A stretch of 64,000 nucleotides of DNA, from assembly GCA_002269645.1 (NCBI GenBank), contig NIVC01000263.1:124001-188000 (forward strand), read 5' to 3'. The position numbers were made by a program, and so were the translations under genes. This DNA comes from Macrostomum lignano. Its lineage: Eukaryota. Numbering within the stretch: position 1 is the stretch's first letter; each line of letters opens with the position of its first letter. The notes beneath the pieces were generated by a model. It saw only the letters and a program-made list of their open reading frames with translations. It was not told where the DNA came from and did no database searches. Shown here in pieces: positions 17,535-29,661 of this stretch.

Positions 17535-18060
17535 AACCCTGAGGGGGTCAGTTGACCCTCCCACAATTAAGTTGTAGAAAGCAACAGCTAAAAGGGGGTC
17601 AGTTGACCCTCCCACAATTTAGTTGTAGAAAGCAACAGCTAAAAGGGGGTCTGTTGACCCTCCCACAGCCAAGAAAGTTACAACTAAAAGGGGGTCAGTT
17701 GACCATCTTACATTCAAGGAAGCTACAACTAATAAGAGGGTCAGTTGACCTTCCCACAGTCAAGAAAGCAACAACAGCAAGGAGGTCAGTTGACCCCCCA
17801 CAGTCAAGAAGCTACAGCTAAAAAGGGGGTCAGTTGACCCTCCCACAGTCGAGAAAGCTCCAACTAAAAGGGGGTCAGTTGACCCTCCCACAGTCGAGAA
17901 AGCTCCAACTAAAAGGGGGTCAGTTGACCCTCCCACAGTCGAGAAAGCTCAAACTAAAAGGGGGTCAGTTGACCCTCCCATAATTGAGTTGTAGAAAGCT
18001 CCAACTAAAAGGGGGTCAGTTGACCCTTCCACAGTCTAGAAAGCTCTTGACCTCAGTTAA
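17535..18060. repeat. ~45-bp minisatellite with GGGTCAGTTGACCC palindromic core (ADAM intron 4)
   Basis: Period 45 (17821, 17866); about 11 copies. Confidence 0.92.
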
Positions 18061-18101
18061 TCCAAAAATTTCATTTTTTGGATCTTTATCCCACTCTGCA
18101 G

Positions 18102-18532
18102 TTCTCCAGTCTCGACCGGACAATGGACAGATCCCAGTTGCTGAGCGGCCGGCTCACCAACCTGATGGGGAAATACTTCGCCCCAACCCGGGTTGCCGTC
18201 TCCCTGCTTCTAGTAGAAGTTTGGAACCTCGAGGATCAATTTCCAATCAGCAGCGATATTCGGGCTACGCTGCACGGCCTGTTAAACTATTCCCTGGCTG
18301 AGACTGCCCGAGAGCGCGATCGGACATTCGACTCATTGCTGCTGCTCAGCTCGCAGGTGTTCGTGGCCAACACTGAGCACCTGAGCGTGCCGGATAGCGT
18401 GTGCACCAGCCGGGCCGTCAGTGTTGTCCAAGTCACCAATCTGGCTGACGAGCTGCACGTTGCCAAGCTGATGTCTCTGGCGGTGGCTGAGCAGTTCGGC
18501 ATGCTGGCCTTTCCCTGCGCCAGCGACAGCGA
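18102..18532 (+). CDS. ADAM-like gene exon 5 (degenerate reprolysin/M12B domain)
   Basis: Acceptor CTGCAG| and donor GA|GTGAGT. VAVSLLLVEVW...DQFPIS, SVCTSRAVSVVQ and MSLAVAEQFGM align to the M12B fold but have no HExxH. Confidence 0.85.
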
Positions 18533-18554
18533 GTGAGTGGCCTTTGGTTCTGCT

Positions 18555-19232
18555 CTGAGGTTGGGGTGTCAGGAGGCGCTCTTGAGGTTGGGGTGTCAGG
18601 AGGGGCTCTTGAGGTTGGGGTGTCAGGAGGGGCTCTTGAGTTTGGGGTGTCAGGAGGGGCTCTTGAGGTTGGGGTGTCAGGAGGGGCTCTTGAGATTGGG
18701 GTGTCAGGAGGGGCTTTTGAGATTGGTGTGTCAGGAGGGGCTCTTGAGGTTGGGGTGTCAGGTGAGCCTCTTGAGGTTGGGGTGTCAGGAGGGCTCTTGA
18801 GGTTGGGGTGTCAGGTGAGCCTCTTGAGGTTGGGGTGTCAGGAGGGCTCTTGAGGTTGGGGTGTCAGGAGGGGCTTTTGAGGTTGGGGGTGTCAGGAGGG
18901 GCTTTTGAGGTTGGGGTGTCAGGAGGGCTCTTGAGGTTGGGGTGTCAGGAGGGGCTTTTGAGGTTGGGGGTGTCAGGAGGGGCTTTTGAGGTTGGGGGTG
19001 TCAGGAGGGGCTTTTGAGGTTGGGGGTGTCAGGAGGGGCTTTTGAGGTTGGGGGTGTCAGGAGGGGCTTTTGAGGTTGGGGGTGTCAGGAGGGGCTTTTG
19101 AGGTTGGGGGTGTCAGGAGGGGCTTTTGAGGTTGGGGGTGTCAGGAGGGGCTTTTGAGGTTGGGGGTGTCAGGAGGGGCTTTTGAGGTTGGCGTGTCAGG
19201 AGGGGCTCTTGAGATTGGGGTGTCAGGAGGGG
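18555..19232. repeat. 21-23-bp G-rich minisatellite (TTGAGGTTGGGGTGTCAGGAGGGGC), ADAM intron 5
   Basis: Starts about 20 nt after the exon 5 donor. Confidence 0.95.
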
Positions 19233-20077
19233 CTCGGTCAGTCAGTTATGCACTACACTAAGCAACTCCATTCAGGCAGCTCGCAAATCTACAATATTTT
19301 GGACCCGTGACCTGACCTCTCGCATTTTGAAGGCCTGCGGGTCGTGAATTGAAAAATATTGAGAGAGAAAGACGGAAAAAGGAAAAATAGGAAAAATAAG
19401 TGAAAAACCTATCACCCCACTCTGCCTTCCGCTCCCCCTTTTCCTCTGTCTGTGTGTGTGTTTAAGCCCAGGTTCAGTAATACGCTAGAGGAATCCTCCG
19501 CCCTCCAGCCGAATCAGTTGATTATGAATAAGAGGAAATGCAAAGAAAACAGCGAGGACGGGGGATGTTTCTCCCCACCCCCATCCCCCGCCTCCCCCAG
19601 CGCCATCCGCTGTATCGGGGAGTTATAAAACATCGAATTGCGTGTAAGCCAGAAAAAACCGGCTTTAATGGCCCCGATATTTCTTCTTTGACGGTGGATT
19701 TTTGTATCCATTTTTTGTTGTTGTTTTTGTTGCAGCATTCGATTTTTTTTTAAGTTTAAACTTTTCCATCCTCTGAGAACTGTCTTCTAGGCAGGCGGGG
19801 GGGGGCTGCTTGATTGATAACACGTTAATCCTAAAATGGAGCTTTCTGTGGTTTTCTGTTTTTTTAACAGAAAAGCTGGGGATTTGCGTTGAGAGTAGCG
19901 AAAGCCGGCTTATATCGAATTTTGGCTTGGACTTGTGCTTGCCAGAACTGAGCGCTGACCTGAGCTGCATTGAATCTGTACTTTTCTGTAGCCCAGCGCT
20001 ACTTTTGAGCTCAGTTCATGCTGGGGGGTTGCAGTGAATGTGGCTTCAGCAGCTCCATCTCTGGCGCTCTTGCATTC

Positions 20078-20920
20078 ACATCTCATTCCAGTCTCATCTC
20101 TTCTCACCTATCTCATCTCATCCCAGTCTCATCTCTTCTCACCTATCTGATCTCATCCCAGTCTTATCGAGTCTCACCTATCACATCTCATTCCAGTCTC
20201 ATCTCTTCTCACCTATCTCATCTCATCCCAGTCTTATCGAGTCTCACCTATCTCATCTCATCCCAGTCTCATCTCTTCTCACCTATCTCATCTCATCTCT
20301 TCTCACCTATCACATCTCATTCCAGTCTCATCTCTTCTCGCCTATCTCATCTCATCCCAGTCTTATCTCATCCCAGTCTTATCTCTTCTCACCTATCTCA
20401 TCTCATCCCAGTCTTATCGAGTCTCACCTATCTGATCTCATCCCAGTCTTATCGAGTCTCACCTATCTCATCTCATCCCAGTCTCATCTCTTCTCACCTA
20501 TCTCATCTCATCCCAGTCTTATCGAGTCTCACCTATCTCATCTCATCCCAGTCTCATCTCTTCTCACCTATCTCATCTCATCCCAGTCTTATCGAGTCTC
20601 ACCTATCTCATCTCATCCCAGTCTCATCTCGTCTCATTTCATCTAAGTCTTATCTCATCTAATCTCATCTCAGTCCTAATCTCATCTCATCATTTCAGTC
20701 TCATCTTATCTTATCTAATCCCAGTCTTATCTCATCTATCTCATCTCATCTCAACCCTGTCTCACCTCCATCTTAACCCAATTTCATCCTAGTCTCACTC
20801 GCATTTCACCCAGTCTTACCCTAGTCTCAACCCAGCACCATCCTATTCACACCTAAGTCTCGTCCCGGTCTCACCCAAGTCTCACCCCGTCTCATTCTAG
20901 TCTAACCCCAGCCTCATCGT
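20078..20920. repeat. Pyrimidine-rich compound repeat (TCTCACCTA/TCTCA/TCCCAG modules), ADAM intron 5
   Basis: Runs up to the exon 6 acceptor. Confidence 0.9.
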
Positions 20921-20964
20921 AGTCTCACCCTAATCTCATTTTTGCCGCACACCCCACTCCCCAG

Positions 20965-21525
20965 GTGCGACCTGAACCAGCTGTTCCACCTGCCTGCCAA
21001 CGTCCGCCGTCTGGAAGCGGCCCTGCAGACAAAGATCGCCGATTGTCTCCGCTTTCCCGAGCAGCCCCGCCCGGAGCCGCACTGCGGCAACGGCCGGCTG
21101 GAGCGCAGCGAAGAATGCGACCCGTCCATCGGGGGAAGCGCCGGCGACCCCTGCTGCGATCCCAGCCTGTGCCTGCTGAGCCACTGGGCCAACTGCCGCC
21201 GCGGCGAGTGCTGCTCCGGCTGCCGGCTCCGCCCTGCTGGCCACGTGTGCCGCCAGCCCAACAGCCAGTGCGACCTGCCCGAAGTCTGCGACGGCCGCTC
21301 CAGTCGGTGCCCCGCCGATCTGCGCTTCGCCGACGGTCAGATGTGCCCCGACGGGTCCGGCGTCTGCCACGGCGGCTCCTGCTCGGACCTGGCCGCTCAG
21401 TGCCGCGCCGTCTGGGGGCCGGGGGCTCGGGCCGGCGCTCAGGAGTGCTACACCAACACGGTCTGGAATCCTTGCACCAACCTCATCTGCCATCACGATG
21501 GTGACGGCGGCCCCGCGAATCCCAT
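20965..21525 (+). CDS. ADAM-like gene exon 6 (disintegrin and start of Cys-rich domain)
   Basis: CGNGRLERSEECD, CCDPSLC, CRRGECC and QCDLPEVCDG form a canonical ADAM disintegrin domain. Acceptor CCCCAG|, donor AT|GTGAGT. Confidence 0.95.
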
Positions 21526-21539
21526 GTGAGTTTATTTTT

Positions 21540-22300
21540 GGTGCCAGTTTATTGTCACAGAGAGAGGAGACAGTGCCAGTTTATTGTCACACAGAGAGGA
21601 GACAGTGCCAGTTTATTGCCACACAGAGAGAGGAGACAGTGCCAGTTTATTGTCACACAGAGAGAGGAGACAGTGCCAGTTTATTGTCACACAGAGAGAG
21701 GAGACAGTGCCAGTTTATTGCCACACAGAGAGAGGAGACAGTGCCAGTTTATTGTCACACAGAGAGAGGAGACAGTGCCAGTTTATTGTCACACAGAGAG
21801 GAGACAGTGCCAGTTTATTGTCACACAGAGAGAGGAGACAGTGCCAGTTTATTGCCACACAGAGAGAGGAGACAGTGCCAGTTTATTGTCACACAGAGAG
21901 GAGACAGTGCCAGTTTATTGCCACACAGAGAGAGGAGACAGTGCCAGTTTATTGCCACACAGAGAGAGGAGACAGTGCCAGTTTATTGCCACACAGAGAG
22001 AGGAGACAGTGCCAGTTTATTGTCACACAGAGAGGAGACAGTGCCAGTTTATTGCCACACAGAGAGAGGAGACAGTGCCAGTTTATTGCCACACAGAGAG
22101 AGGAGACAGTGCCAGTTTATTGCCACACAGAGAGAGGAGACAGTGCCAGTTTATTGTCACACAGAGAGGAGACAGTGCCAGTTTATTGTCACACAGAGAG
22201 GAGACAGTGCCAGTTTATTGTCACACAGAGAGGAGACAGTGCCAGTTTATTGCCACACAGAGAGAGGAGACAGTGCCAGTTTATTGTCACAGGGAGGAGA
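21540..22300. repeat. 32/34-bp minisatellite (GACAGTGCCAGTTTATTGTCACACAGAGAGGA), ADAM intron 6
   Basis: Periods of 32 and 34. Confidence 0.95.
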
Positions 22301-22394
22301 CAGCGCCAGTTTTGCGAGAATTGCATTTGCTGCACATCTGCGTAAACCGTGTAAGCCTTATAAAAAAATTAAATCCACCTTGCCCCCCCCCCAG

Positions 22395-23047
22395 ATACTC
22401 CGGCTCGGTGACGAACTCCTGGTCCATTCAGCAGGCCCAGAAGAGCAGCTCAGTTACCTGCAAATTTCTCCGCCCAAACGTGCCCGTGGCTAACGGCACC
22501 CTCTGCCAGCTCAATGGCGCCGAACCGGGCGCCTGTCTGGCCGGCCAGTGCAGACCCATGTCTGAGTTTGTCGCCGCAACGAGTCGCTCCGGCGGCGTCG
22601 CCGACAAATGCCGACACAGCGACAGCGACATTGCAGTTGTCGATGACGATTCTTCTTCATCGACATCGCCCTCGACGGCGTCGACAGCTGGCGCGGCGTG
22701 CTTGGAACGGGGCGTGTGCACTAGCGCCGGTGACTGCCTGTGTCGGCCAGGCTGGTCCGGCCCTGCCTGCTCCAGAGCCGCCGCCGTCGCCGCTGCCACT
22801 CCGTTGCAGACGGTCTACTGGCGAATGCGCGACTCCAGCAACGGTATGGGAGCCGGCGCTAACGGCTCCGGCAAGCCCGACCCGACAGTGACGACCGTCA
22901 TTCTGATCGGGATTGTCGGTGCCGTGGCGCTGGCGCTGCTGCTGGTCATCGCCGTCGTGGTGTTCTGCTGCCGGTCGCGCGGCTCCTCCTCGTCCAGCGC
23001 CAACGGTCATCCTATTGGAGGCGGCGGCCCAGGCGGCGGCTCAAATG
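22395..23047 (+). CDS. ADAM-like gene exon 7 (Cys-rich end, EGF-like, transmembrane helix)
   Basis: Contains VANGTLC...GACLAGQC, EGF-like CLERGVCTSAGDCLCRPGWSGPAC and TM VILIGIVGAVALALLLVIAVVVFCC. The 3' donor (G|GTTGGC at 23048) is weak, so the exact end is uncertain. Confidence 0.85.
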
Positions 23048-23096
23048 GTTGGCCAATGATGATTCTTGATTGTTCATTTTGCTCAAATTGTTTTTG

Positions 23097-23455
23097 ACAC
23101 ACCTAGAACACTTTCGAAACACCTAAGACACTTAGACACATCTGAGACACTTTAGACACATCTGAGACACTTTAGACACATCTGAGACACTTTAGACACA
23201 CCTGAGACACTTAGACACATCTGAGAAACTTTAGACATATCTGAGATACTTTAGACATATCTGAGATACTTTAGACATATCTGAGCTACTTTAGATACAC
23301 CTGAGATATTTTGGACACGCCTGAAACACTTTGGATATATCTGAGGCACTTTAGACACACCTTGGATACTTTGGACACACCTGGAACACTTTGGGCACAC
23401 CAGAGACACTTAAGACAACTGAGACCTAAGTAGTTTAGACACACTACAGACACTA
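23097..23455. repeat. ~20-bp minisatellite (GAGACACTTTAGACACATCT), ADAM intron 7
   Basis: Seen directly in the sequence. Confidence 0.9.
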
Positions 23456-23572
23456 CACTAGAAATAACTTTTTAGTATATTAGACTAGCCAATTTGCCCC
23501 TCCATTGGGGCCATTAATGAATCAGCCATATAAAAAACGCCCGATTTCTCCCCACCCCCTCCCTGTCGCCAG

Positions 23573-23802
23573 GCCGCGGCAAGCACCGCAAGCGGGAGGA
23601 CCTGCGCCGCAATAACCTGAGCGATGGCCAGGACTTTTCTAGTTACCCGCAGCGCACCATCACTTTTGCACCGTCTGGTCGCGGCGGCGGCGGTGGCGGC
23701 AGCAGTGCCGGCGATGCGTCGCCTGTGTCTTACGTTGGCAGCGGTTACAAGCGATCGGTAGAGTCGCCGCAGAGCAACCAGTTCTTGTTGCAGCAGCAGC
23801 AG

Positions 23803-23833
<31 letters not shown>

Positions 23834-24029
23834 TGCAGCAGCTGGCGGGAGCGTCTCCACCGCCGCTTTTCGCTCCGTCCGCTGAGCCGCCGCCGCCCGA
23901 AAAGGGCATCCTGCGGAACAAAGAGGTCGGCGAACTGCAAGAGATGGCCAACCTGCTGAACCAGCAGATCGGCCTGTCCGGCTCCCTGTCCACCCTGGAT
24001 GACGAGTATGATGAGGATCTGCATAGCAG
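23573..24029 (+). CDS. ADAM-like gene exon 8 (cytoplasmic tail, polyQ)
   Basis: Acceptor TCGCCAG| (phase 1) and donor AG|GTGCGA (phase 2). Open GC3-rich frame GRGKHRKREDLRR...DEYDEDLHS. Confidence 0.8.
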
Positions 24030-24049
24030 GTGCGAATCTGGGCGTTGGT

Positions 24050-24345
24050 TAAGTAGAAAGCTGCTTTACTAATAGCTTGAGTTGGTTTTACTAGTAGCTT
24101 TTGAGTTGGTTTTACTAGTAGCTTTTTATTTGGTTTTACTAGTAGCTTTTGAGTTGGTTTTACTAGTAGCTTTTGAGTTGGCTTTACTAGTAGCTTGAGT
24201 TGCTTTTACTAGTATCTTGAGTTGGTTTTACTAGTAGCTTGAGTTGATTTTACTAGTAGCTTTTTGAGTTGGTTTCACTAGCAGTTTGAGTTGGCTTTAC
24301 TAGTTGCTTGAGTTGGTTTTACTAGTAGCTTGAGTTGGTTTCAGT
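24050..24345. repeat. ~23-bp minisatellite (TTGAGTTGGTTTTACTAGTAGCT), ADAM intron 8
   Basis: Seen directly in the sequence. Confidence 0.9.
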
Positions 24346-24420
24346 TCACACATAGCCTACTGTCAGTAGAACAAATGAACATCAGAAGTAAATTTTGAGT
24401 TTCTCTCCCTGACCTCGCAG

Positions 24421-25207
24421 ATACGGCCTGGACACGAAGAGCGGCCACCCCGGCCTGGCATCATCCAAAACGCCTGTGATTGTGTGCAACTCCAGCAACC
24501 AGACGGACCCCACGCTGTTCACTCTGCCCGAGGAGAAGGCCTGCCTGCAGGGTGACAAAGACTCCTGCGGCGGGTTTGACGTCCTGCCGGAGTCAGATCG
24601 CTACCAGATGCCTCTGCTTCAGCAACATCACCTGCAGCAGCAGCAGCAGCAGCACAAGCCCTCGCTTAGTCTGGACTCGGATTCCAGTGGCAACGGAGGC
24701 GGCAGCGGCAGTGGCGGCGGCGGCCGAGGCAGCATCGGCAGCGGCAGCGGCCGCCTGGCGGCCGAGCGGTCCAAGCCGCTGACCTACTCGCTGCCCTACG
24801 CCTCCAAGATGATCAGCCCCAGCAACCACCTTGGCTGCGCTAACCAGAAACCCGAGCCGGACAAGCAGCTGGTCTCGCTCATGTCCGCGCCAGGATCCGG
24901 CTCTTCATCGCTGCAGCATCCGCTTCATCATCATCAGCATCAGCATCCTCACCAGCATCCCTACCGACCAGCCGCGGCCACCCACCTGGACGCTGGCTCA
25001 CCTGCCTACTCCTCGCTGGACCCGCCGTCATCAACTTATCACTACAGCGTCTGTAGCGGCGGCTCCGCCTCCTTGAATAACAGCAAGGTGGGCCCTGGCG
25101 TTGGCCAGCTCGGCGGAGGCGGCGGCAGCATCGGAAGCGACACGGGCAGTGGCGGCGGAGGCGGCATCAGGCGGCAGAGCTACAGCAAAGCTAATGATGA
25201 GGCTTGA
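24421..25207 (+). CDS. ADAM-like gene exon 9 (terminal, low-complexity cytoplasmic tail)
   Basis: Acceptor CTCGCAG| at 24420, in phase with exon 8. Reads YGLDTKSGHPG...SKANDEA*. The in-window CDS totals about 1228 aa. Confidence 0.8.
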
Positions 25208-26129
25208 ACCAACTGAGATTAAAATTTAGTCACTTGTGTTGCAGAAATTGGATTATTAGTTTGCGATGTGTTCTCGCTGCTGATCATAAATAATTAGTAA
25301 ATCGCCTTGCTCCAATTATATTTATTGATTTGATTAGCAATGCTTATGAGTTACCCCTGAGAATCGCCACCCCCCTGAGAACCGCCACCCTCCTCCTTAG
25401 AATCGCCACCCTCCTTAGAATCGCCACCCCATGAGAATCGCCACCCCCTGAGAAACTCGGCTCGAGTTGGTTGAGGTCAGCAATTTATTTTGCAAAATGT
25501 TTTTTTCAAAATCTCTACTAATCAGTAACGCAACAATTGTTGTTTTAAACAAACTAAACAGTTTCACGCCAGTTCAAGACTAGTTTACCTGACTTTTATG
25601 ATAAAAGTATGAAAATTGTGTTAATGTGCTTAAATATTTGTACATATATAAACATGTACTTATGGCATTACTGCTTATAAATTGTGCATAAATTTTTTAA
25701 CAATTTTTTTAGCTGCTTTTTTGCATTTTTTCTTCCGCGTTCAATTAAATTTCAAATTGTCGAATTCGTCTGCACTGCTTTGTTACTGCCTGTCTGTTGC
25801 TTGTTAATTATAAATTCAATTTTTAATTATTGTATCAAAACGATCTGATAATCAGTTTTCTCCCGCGTTGAGGTGCTCAAAATTGTCGTCTCCTGCGTGT
25901 CGCTCAGCTAACTGGCTATGCTAATTATTCGCTTTTGTGCAGTTAATTATTAGACTAATTCAGGTTCTTGATTTTATAGTAGGCTTATGAATTTTATCTG
26001 TCAATATTTGCTGCCTTAGTGAGATCTGTGCTTCTTAAATCGAAATTCGGCTATGCGACTTTGTTCTCATTTTCCAAGTGGAAATTCTGTTGAAATGACT
26101 GACCGTTTGAAAATAAATTTTAGGCACTT

Positions 26130-27055
26130 TAGCACCGCCTTACAGGCACTTAATCATCGCCCTACAGACACTTAAGAATGGGCCTAGAGACACTTAAGCA
26201 TGGGCCTACAGACACTTAAGCATCGGCCTACATGCACTTAAGCATGGGCCTACAGACACTTAAGCATCGCCCTACAGACACTTGAGCATGGGCCTACAGA
26301 CACTTAAGCATGGGCCTACAGACACTTAAGCATGGGCCTAGAGACACTTAAGCATGGGCCTACAGACACTTAATCATCGGCCTACATGCACTTAAGCATC
26401 GCCCTACAGACACTTAATCATCGGCCTACATGCACTTGAGCATGGGCCTACAGACACTTAAGCATCGGCCTACATGCACTTAAGCATGGGCCTACAGACA
26501 CTTAAGCATCGCCCTACAGACACTTGAGCATGGGCCTACAGACACTTAAGCATGGGCCTACAGACACTTAAGCATGGGCCTACAGACACTTAATCATCGG
26601 CCTACATGCACTTAAGCATCGCCCTACAGACACTTAATCATCGGCCTACATGCACTTGAGCATGGGCCTACAGACACTTAAGCATCGGCCTACATGCACT
26701 TAAGCATGGGCCTACAGACACTTAAGCATCGCCCTACAGACACTTGAGCATGGGCCTACAGACACTTAAGCATGGGCCTACAGACACTTAAGCATGGGCC
26801 TACAGACACTTAAGCATCGCTCTACAGACACTTAAGTATGGGCCTACAGACACTTAAGCATGGGCCTACAGACACTTAAGCATGGGCCTACAGACACTTA
26901 ATCATCGGCCTACAGACACTTAAGAATGGGCCTAGAGACACTTAAGCATGGGCCTACAGACACTTAAGTATGGGCCTACAGACACTTAAGCATGGGCCTA
27001 CAGAAACTTAATCAGCGGCCTACAGACACTTGAGCATGGGCCTACAGACACTTAA
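26130..27055. repeat. 22-bp minisatellite (CACTTAAGCATGGGCCTACAGA)
   Basis: About 40 copies with recurring variant blocks. Confidence 0.95.
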
Positions 27056-27678
27056 TCATGCATCGGCCTCTGAACTTCAAAATCGCCTCAGACAAGGCAC
27101 ACCTAAATAAATAATGTTGATCACCAAAGCCACAAGTTGGTGATTCAGTTCGCTTGCACTGCATTCGCTTCTCATCGCATTGCAAAAATTGTTTCGCTTC
27201 GCTTTTTTGCCCGCGCAGCGCAGCTGCACTCAAAGTTGTTTCGCGTATTTTCTGCTTTTGCTTGTCGATCTACTCGCAGTTTACATGGGTTTGTTTCTAT
27301 CTTCTTCTTCTTCCTACCTTATCGCCCTCTCTCTACCCTCCTTATCTCTCCCTCTCCCACCCTACCTTATCTCTCCCTCTCACCCCTCTACCCCACCCTG
27401 ACCTCCCTTCCCCTCCCTTTCTCTTTACCGTATTGTAGCCAGCACGGCTAGCATGTATTCTATGCGTGTACGTACATGTAATTTATTAAATTCGTAATTA
27501 ATTTACACAATATAAATAAACACAAAATCAGTGCTTGTGCTAACAAACCAAATTGGCCAATCAAATAAACAAACGAAACATGTTTTTTTTCTAACTTGTA
27601 AGCTAGAAAGCCATAAAAATTCTATCTTTGTTGTTTTTAATTGTTCTTAATTCTAGATTTACAACTTTACTCGAATAT

Positions 27679-27698
27679 AACGAGGGGTGCTTCAAAAG
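27679..27698. mobile_element. Possible solo mariner TIR remnant
   Basis: AA CGAGGGGTGCTTCAAAAG resembles the TIR at 5779 (CGAGGGG......AAAAG). No partner TIR was found. Confidence 0.35.
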
Positions 27699-27883
27699 AA
27701 TAACAAAAATCTTTAGTTCCAGTTTCATCAGCCTTCACGCATCACACTGATCTCTTTACGCGGAAATACCAGGCTTAATGATTTCTGCTTTTCGAAAAAT
27801 TTGAACAGGCAAAGCTTCCTGTTTACACAGAGACACTTCACAATGGCAATCAGGCCCCGCTCTGAAGGCTTCTGTCTCTTCTC

Positions 27884-27939
<56 letters not shown>

Positions 27940-28029
27940 TCTCTCCTCTTCTCTCCTCTTCTATATTTTCTCTCATTCCTTCTATCGCCTCTCCTCTCTT
28001 TTCTAATCTCTCATTTTCTATTCCACTTT

Positions 28030-28555
28030 ATCTGGCCCGCAACCATTAGCTATAGATGAGACGTGCCTTTCTATCTGGCCCGCAACCATTAGCTATAGAT
28101 GAGACGTGCCTTTCTATCTGGCCCGCAACCATTAGCTATAGATGAGACGTGCCTTTCTATCTGGCCCGCAACCATTAGCTATAGATGAGACGTGCCTTTC
28201 TATCTGGCCCACAACCATTAGCTATAGATGAGACGTGCCTTTCTATCTGGCCCGCAACCATTAGCTATAGATGAGACGTGCCTTTCTATCTGGCCCGCAA
28301 CCATTAGCTATAGATGAGACGTGCCTTTCTATCTGGCCCACAACCATTAGCTATAGATGAGACGTGCCTTTCTATCTGGCCCGCAACCATTAGCTATAGA
28401 TGAGACGTGCCTTTCTATCTGGCCCGCAACCATTAGCTATAGATGAGACGTGCCTTTCTATCTGGCCCGCAACCATTAGCTATAGATGAGACGTGCCTTT
28501 CTATCTGGCCCGCAACCATTAGCTATAGATGAGACGTGCCTTTCTATCTGGCCCT
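28030..28555. repeat. 43-bp minisatellite (TCTGGCCCGCAACCATTAGCTATAGATGAGACGTGCCTTTCTA), ~12 copies
   Basis: Period 43, head-to-tail with no spacers. Confidence 0.96.
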
Positions 28556-28586
28556 CAAGGTGAAAAAGTTTGCTGACGCCTGATTC

Positions 28587-29242
28587 AGATCATGCCATAG
28601 ACAGCTGCGTGTACGCAAAACGTTGCATCCCAGTTTGCAGGACACTTCGTCCCAACCCGATTGACTCAATCACGGGCCAACTCCCCAGAGTCGTTTCAGA
28701 GTCATTGCAGATGACGCAGGTTAAAGTAGGAAAGAAGTGACTCTAGACGACTCTAAAGCGACGAGATGTCACGGTTCAAGTCACCAAATGTCGCTTAAGA
28801 GTACATTTGAGGTGCTTTAATATCTGCGACTGTGAAACGACTCTGGGGGCTTCTACAAAGATTCTGGGGCCGTGGAGTCGTATCTGAGCCAGAGTCGCTG
28901 TAGAATCTGTAGAGCTGCGTCTAAAGCGCATCTACGTCACTTTATGAATTAGAATCGCATTTCACATTTATGAAAAAACTCTATTTAGTCTACTTGAGTT
29001 AGTAGAAAGTTAAGCGCTATCGCAACGACTCTTTTACGATTCTGTAACTGACGTGATGGGCTCGTGACTCCACAGTCGCCTCTCCGGTGCATTACAGTCG
29101 GTTGAGTCGGTAAAAAGTCGCAAGAGTCGTCTCAGAATCGCTAGATGATTCTTAAACTGTCTCTAGTCCTGGGGCACGAAGTGTTCTGCAAACTGGGATG
29201 CAACGTTTTGCGTGAACGCAGCAGCTGTCTATGGCATGATCT
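28587..29242. mobile_element. Non-autonomous long-TIR DNA element (MITE, ~655 bp)
   Basis: Near-perfect ~70-bp inverted repeats AGATCATGCCATAGACAGCTGC...CAGTTTGCAGGACACTTCGT at 28587-28653 and 29171-29242. No ORF and no clean TSD (flanks GATT/AATT). Confidence 0.8.
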
Positions 29243-29661
29243 AAATTTAGCTCCAGTTAAAGAAACATTATTAATGGCCGAAATGTTTTGCAGTTTGCAG
29301 GTATAGTGTACTAAATGATAAACTTTGTTAACTGACACTCCTCTATCTGTTGATATTGGCAACAGGGGTTGGCGTCTGCGCGCACACCAACTCTCTGAGT
29401 ACACAACTGCTGTACAGGCGCAGGACAGGGCAAGTCTACACACAACGCATATAGAAACCCCTTTGCTCATTTTGCATTCATTCAGACCTGCTCCGCCTCT
29501 CCCTCTGCCCTGCTGACCTGTCTATTGAGATTTTCTAGCCTCACTCGCCACCTCTTAGTAAGGGTATTTAATAAAAAGGAGAGATAGAGAGGGGTTGGTA
29601 TAGACGCTTGCCATTTAGCTTGAGGAACATTTTCTAAGCTGGCAAGAGCTCAGAGAGAGAT

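Noticed and set aside
28030-28555. CRISPR-like regular repeats (also 51925-53370)
   Set aside because: Units are head-to-tail with no unique spacers, there are no cas genes, and the context is eukaryotic.
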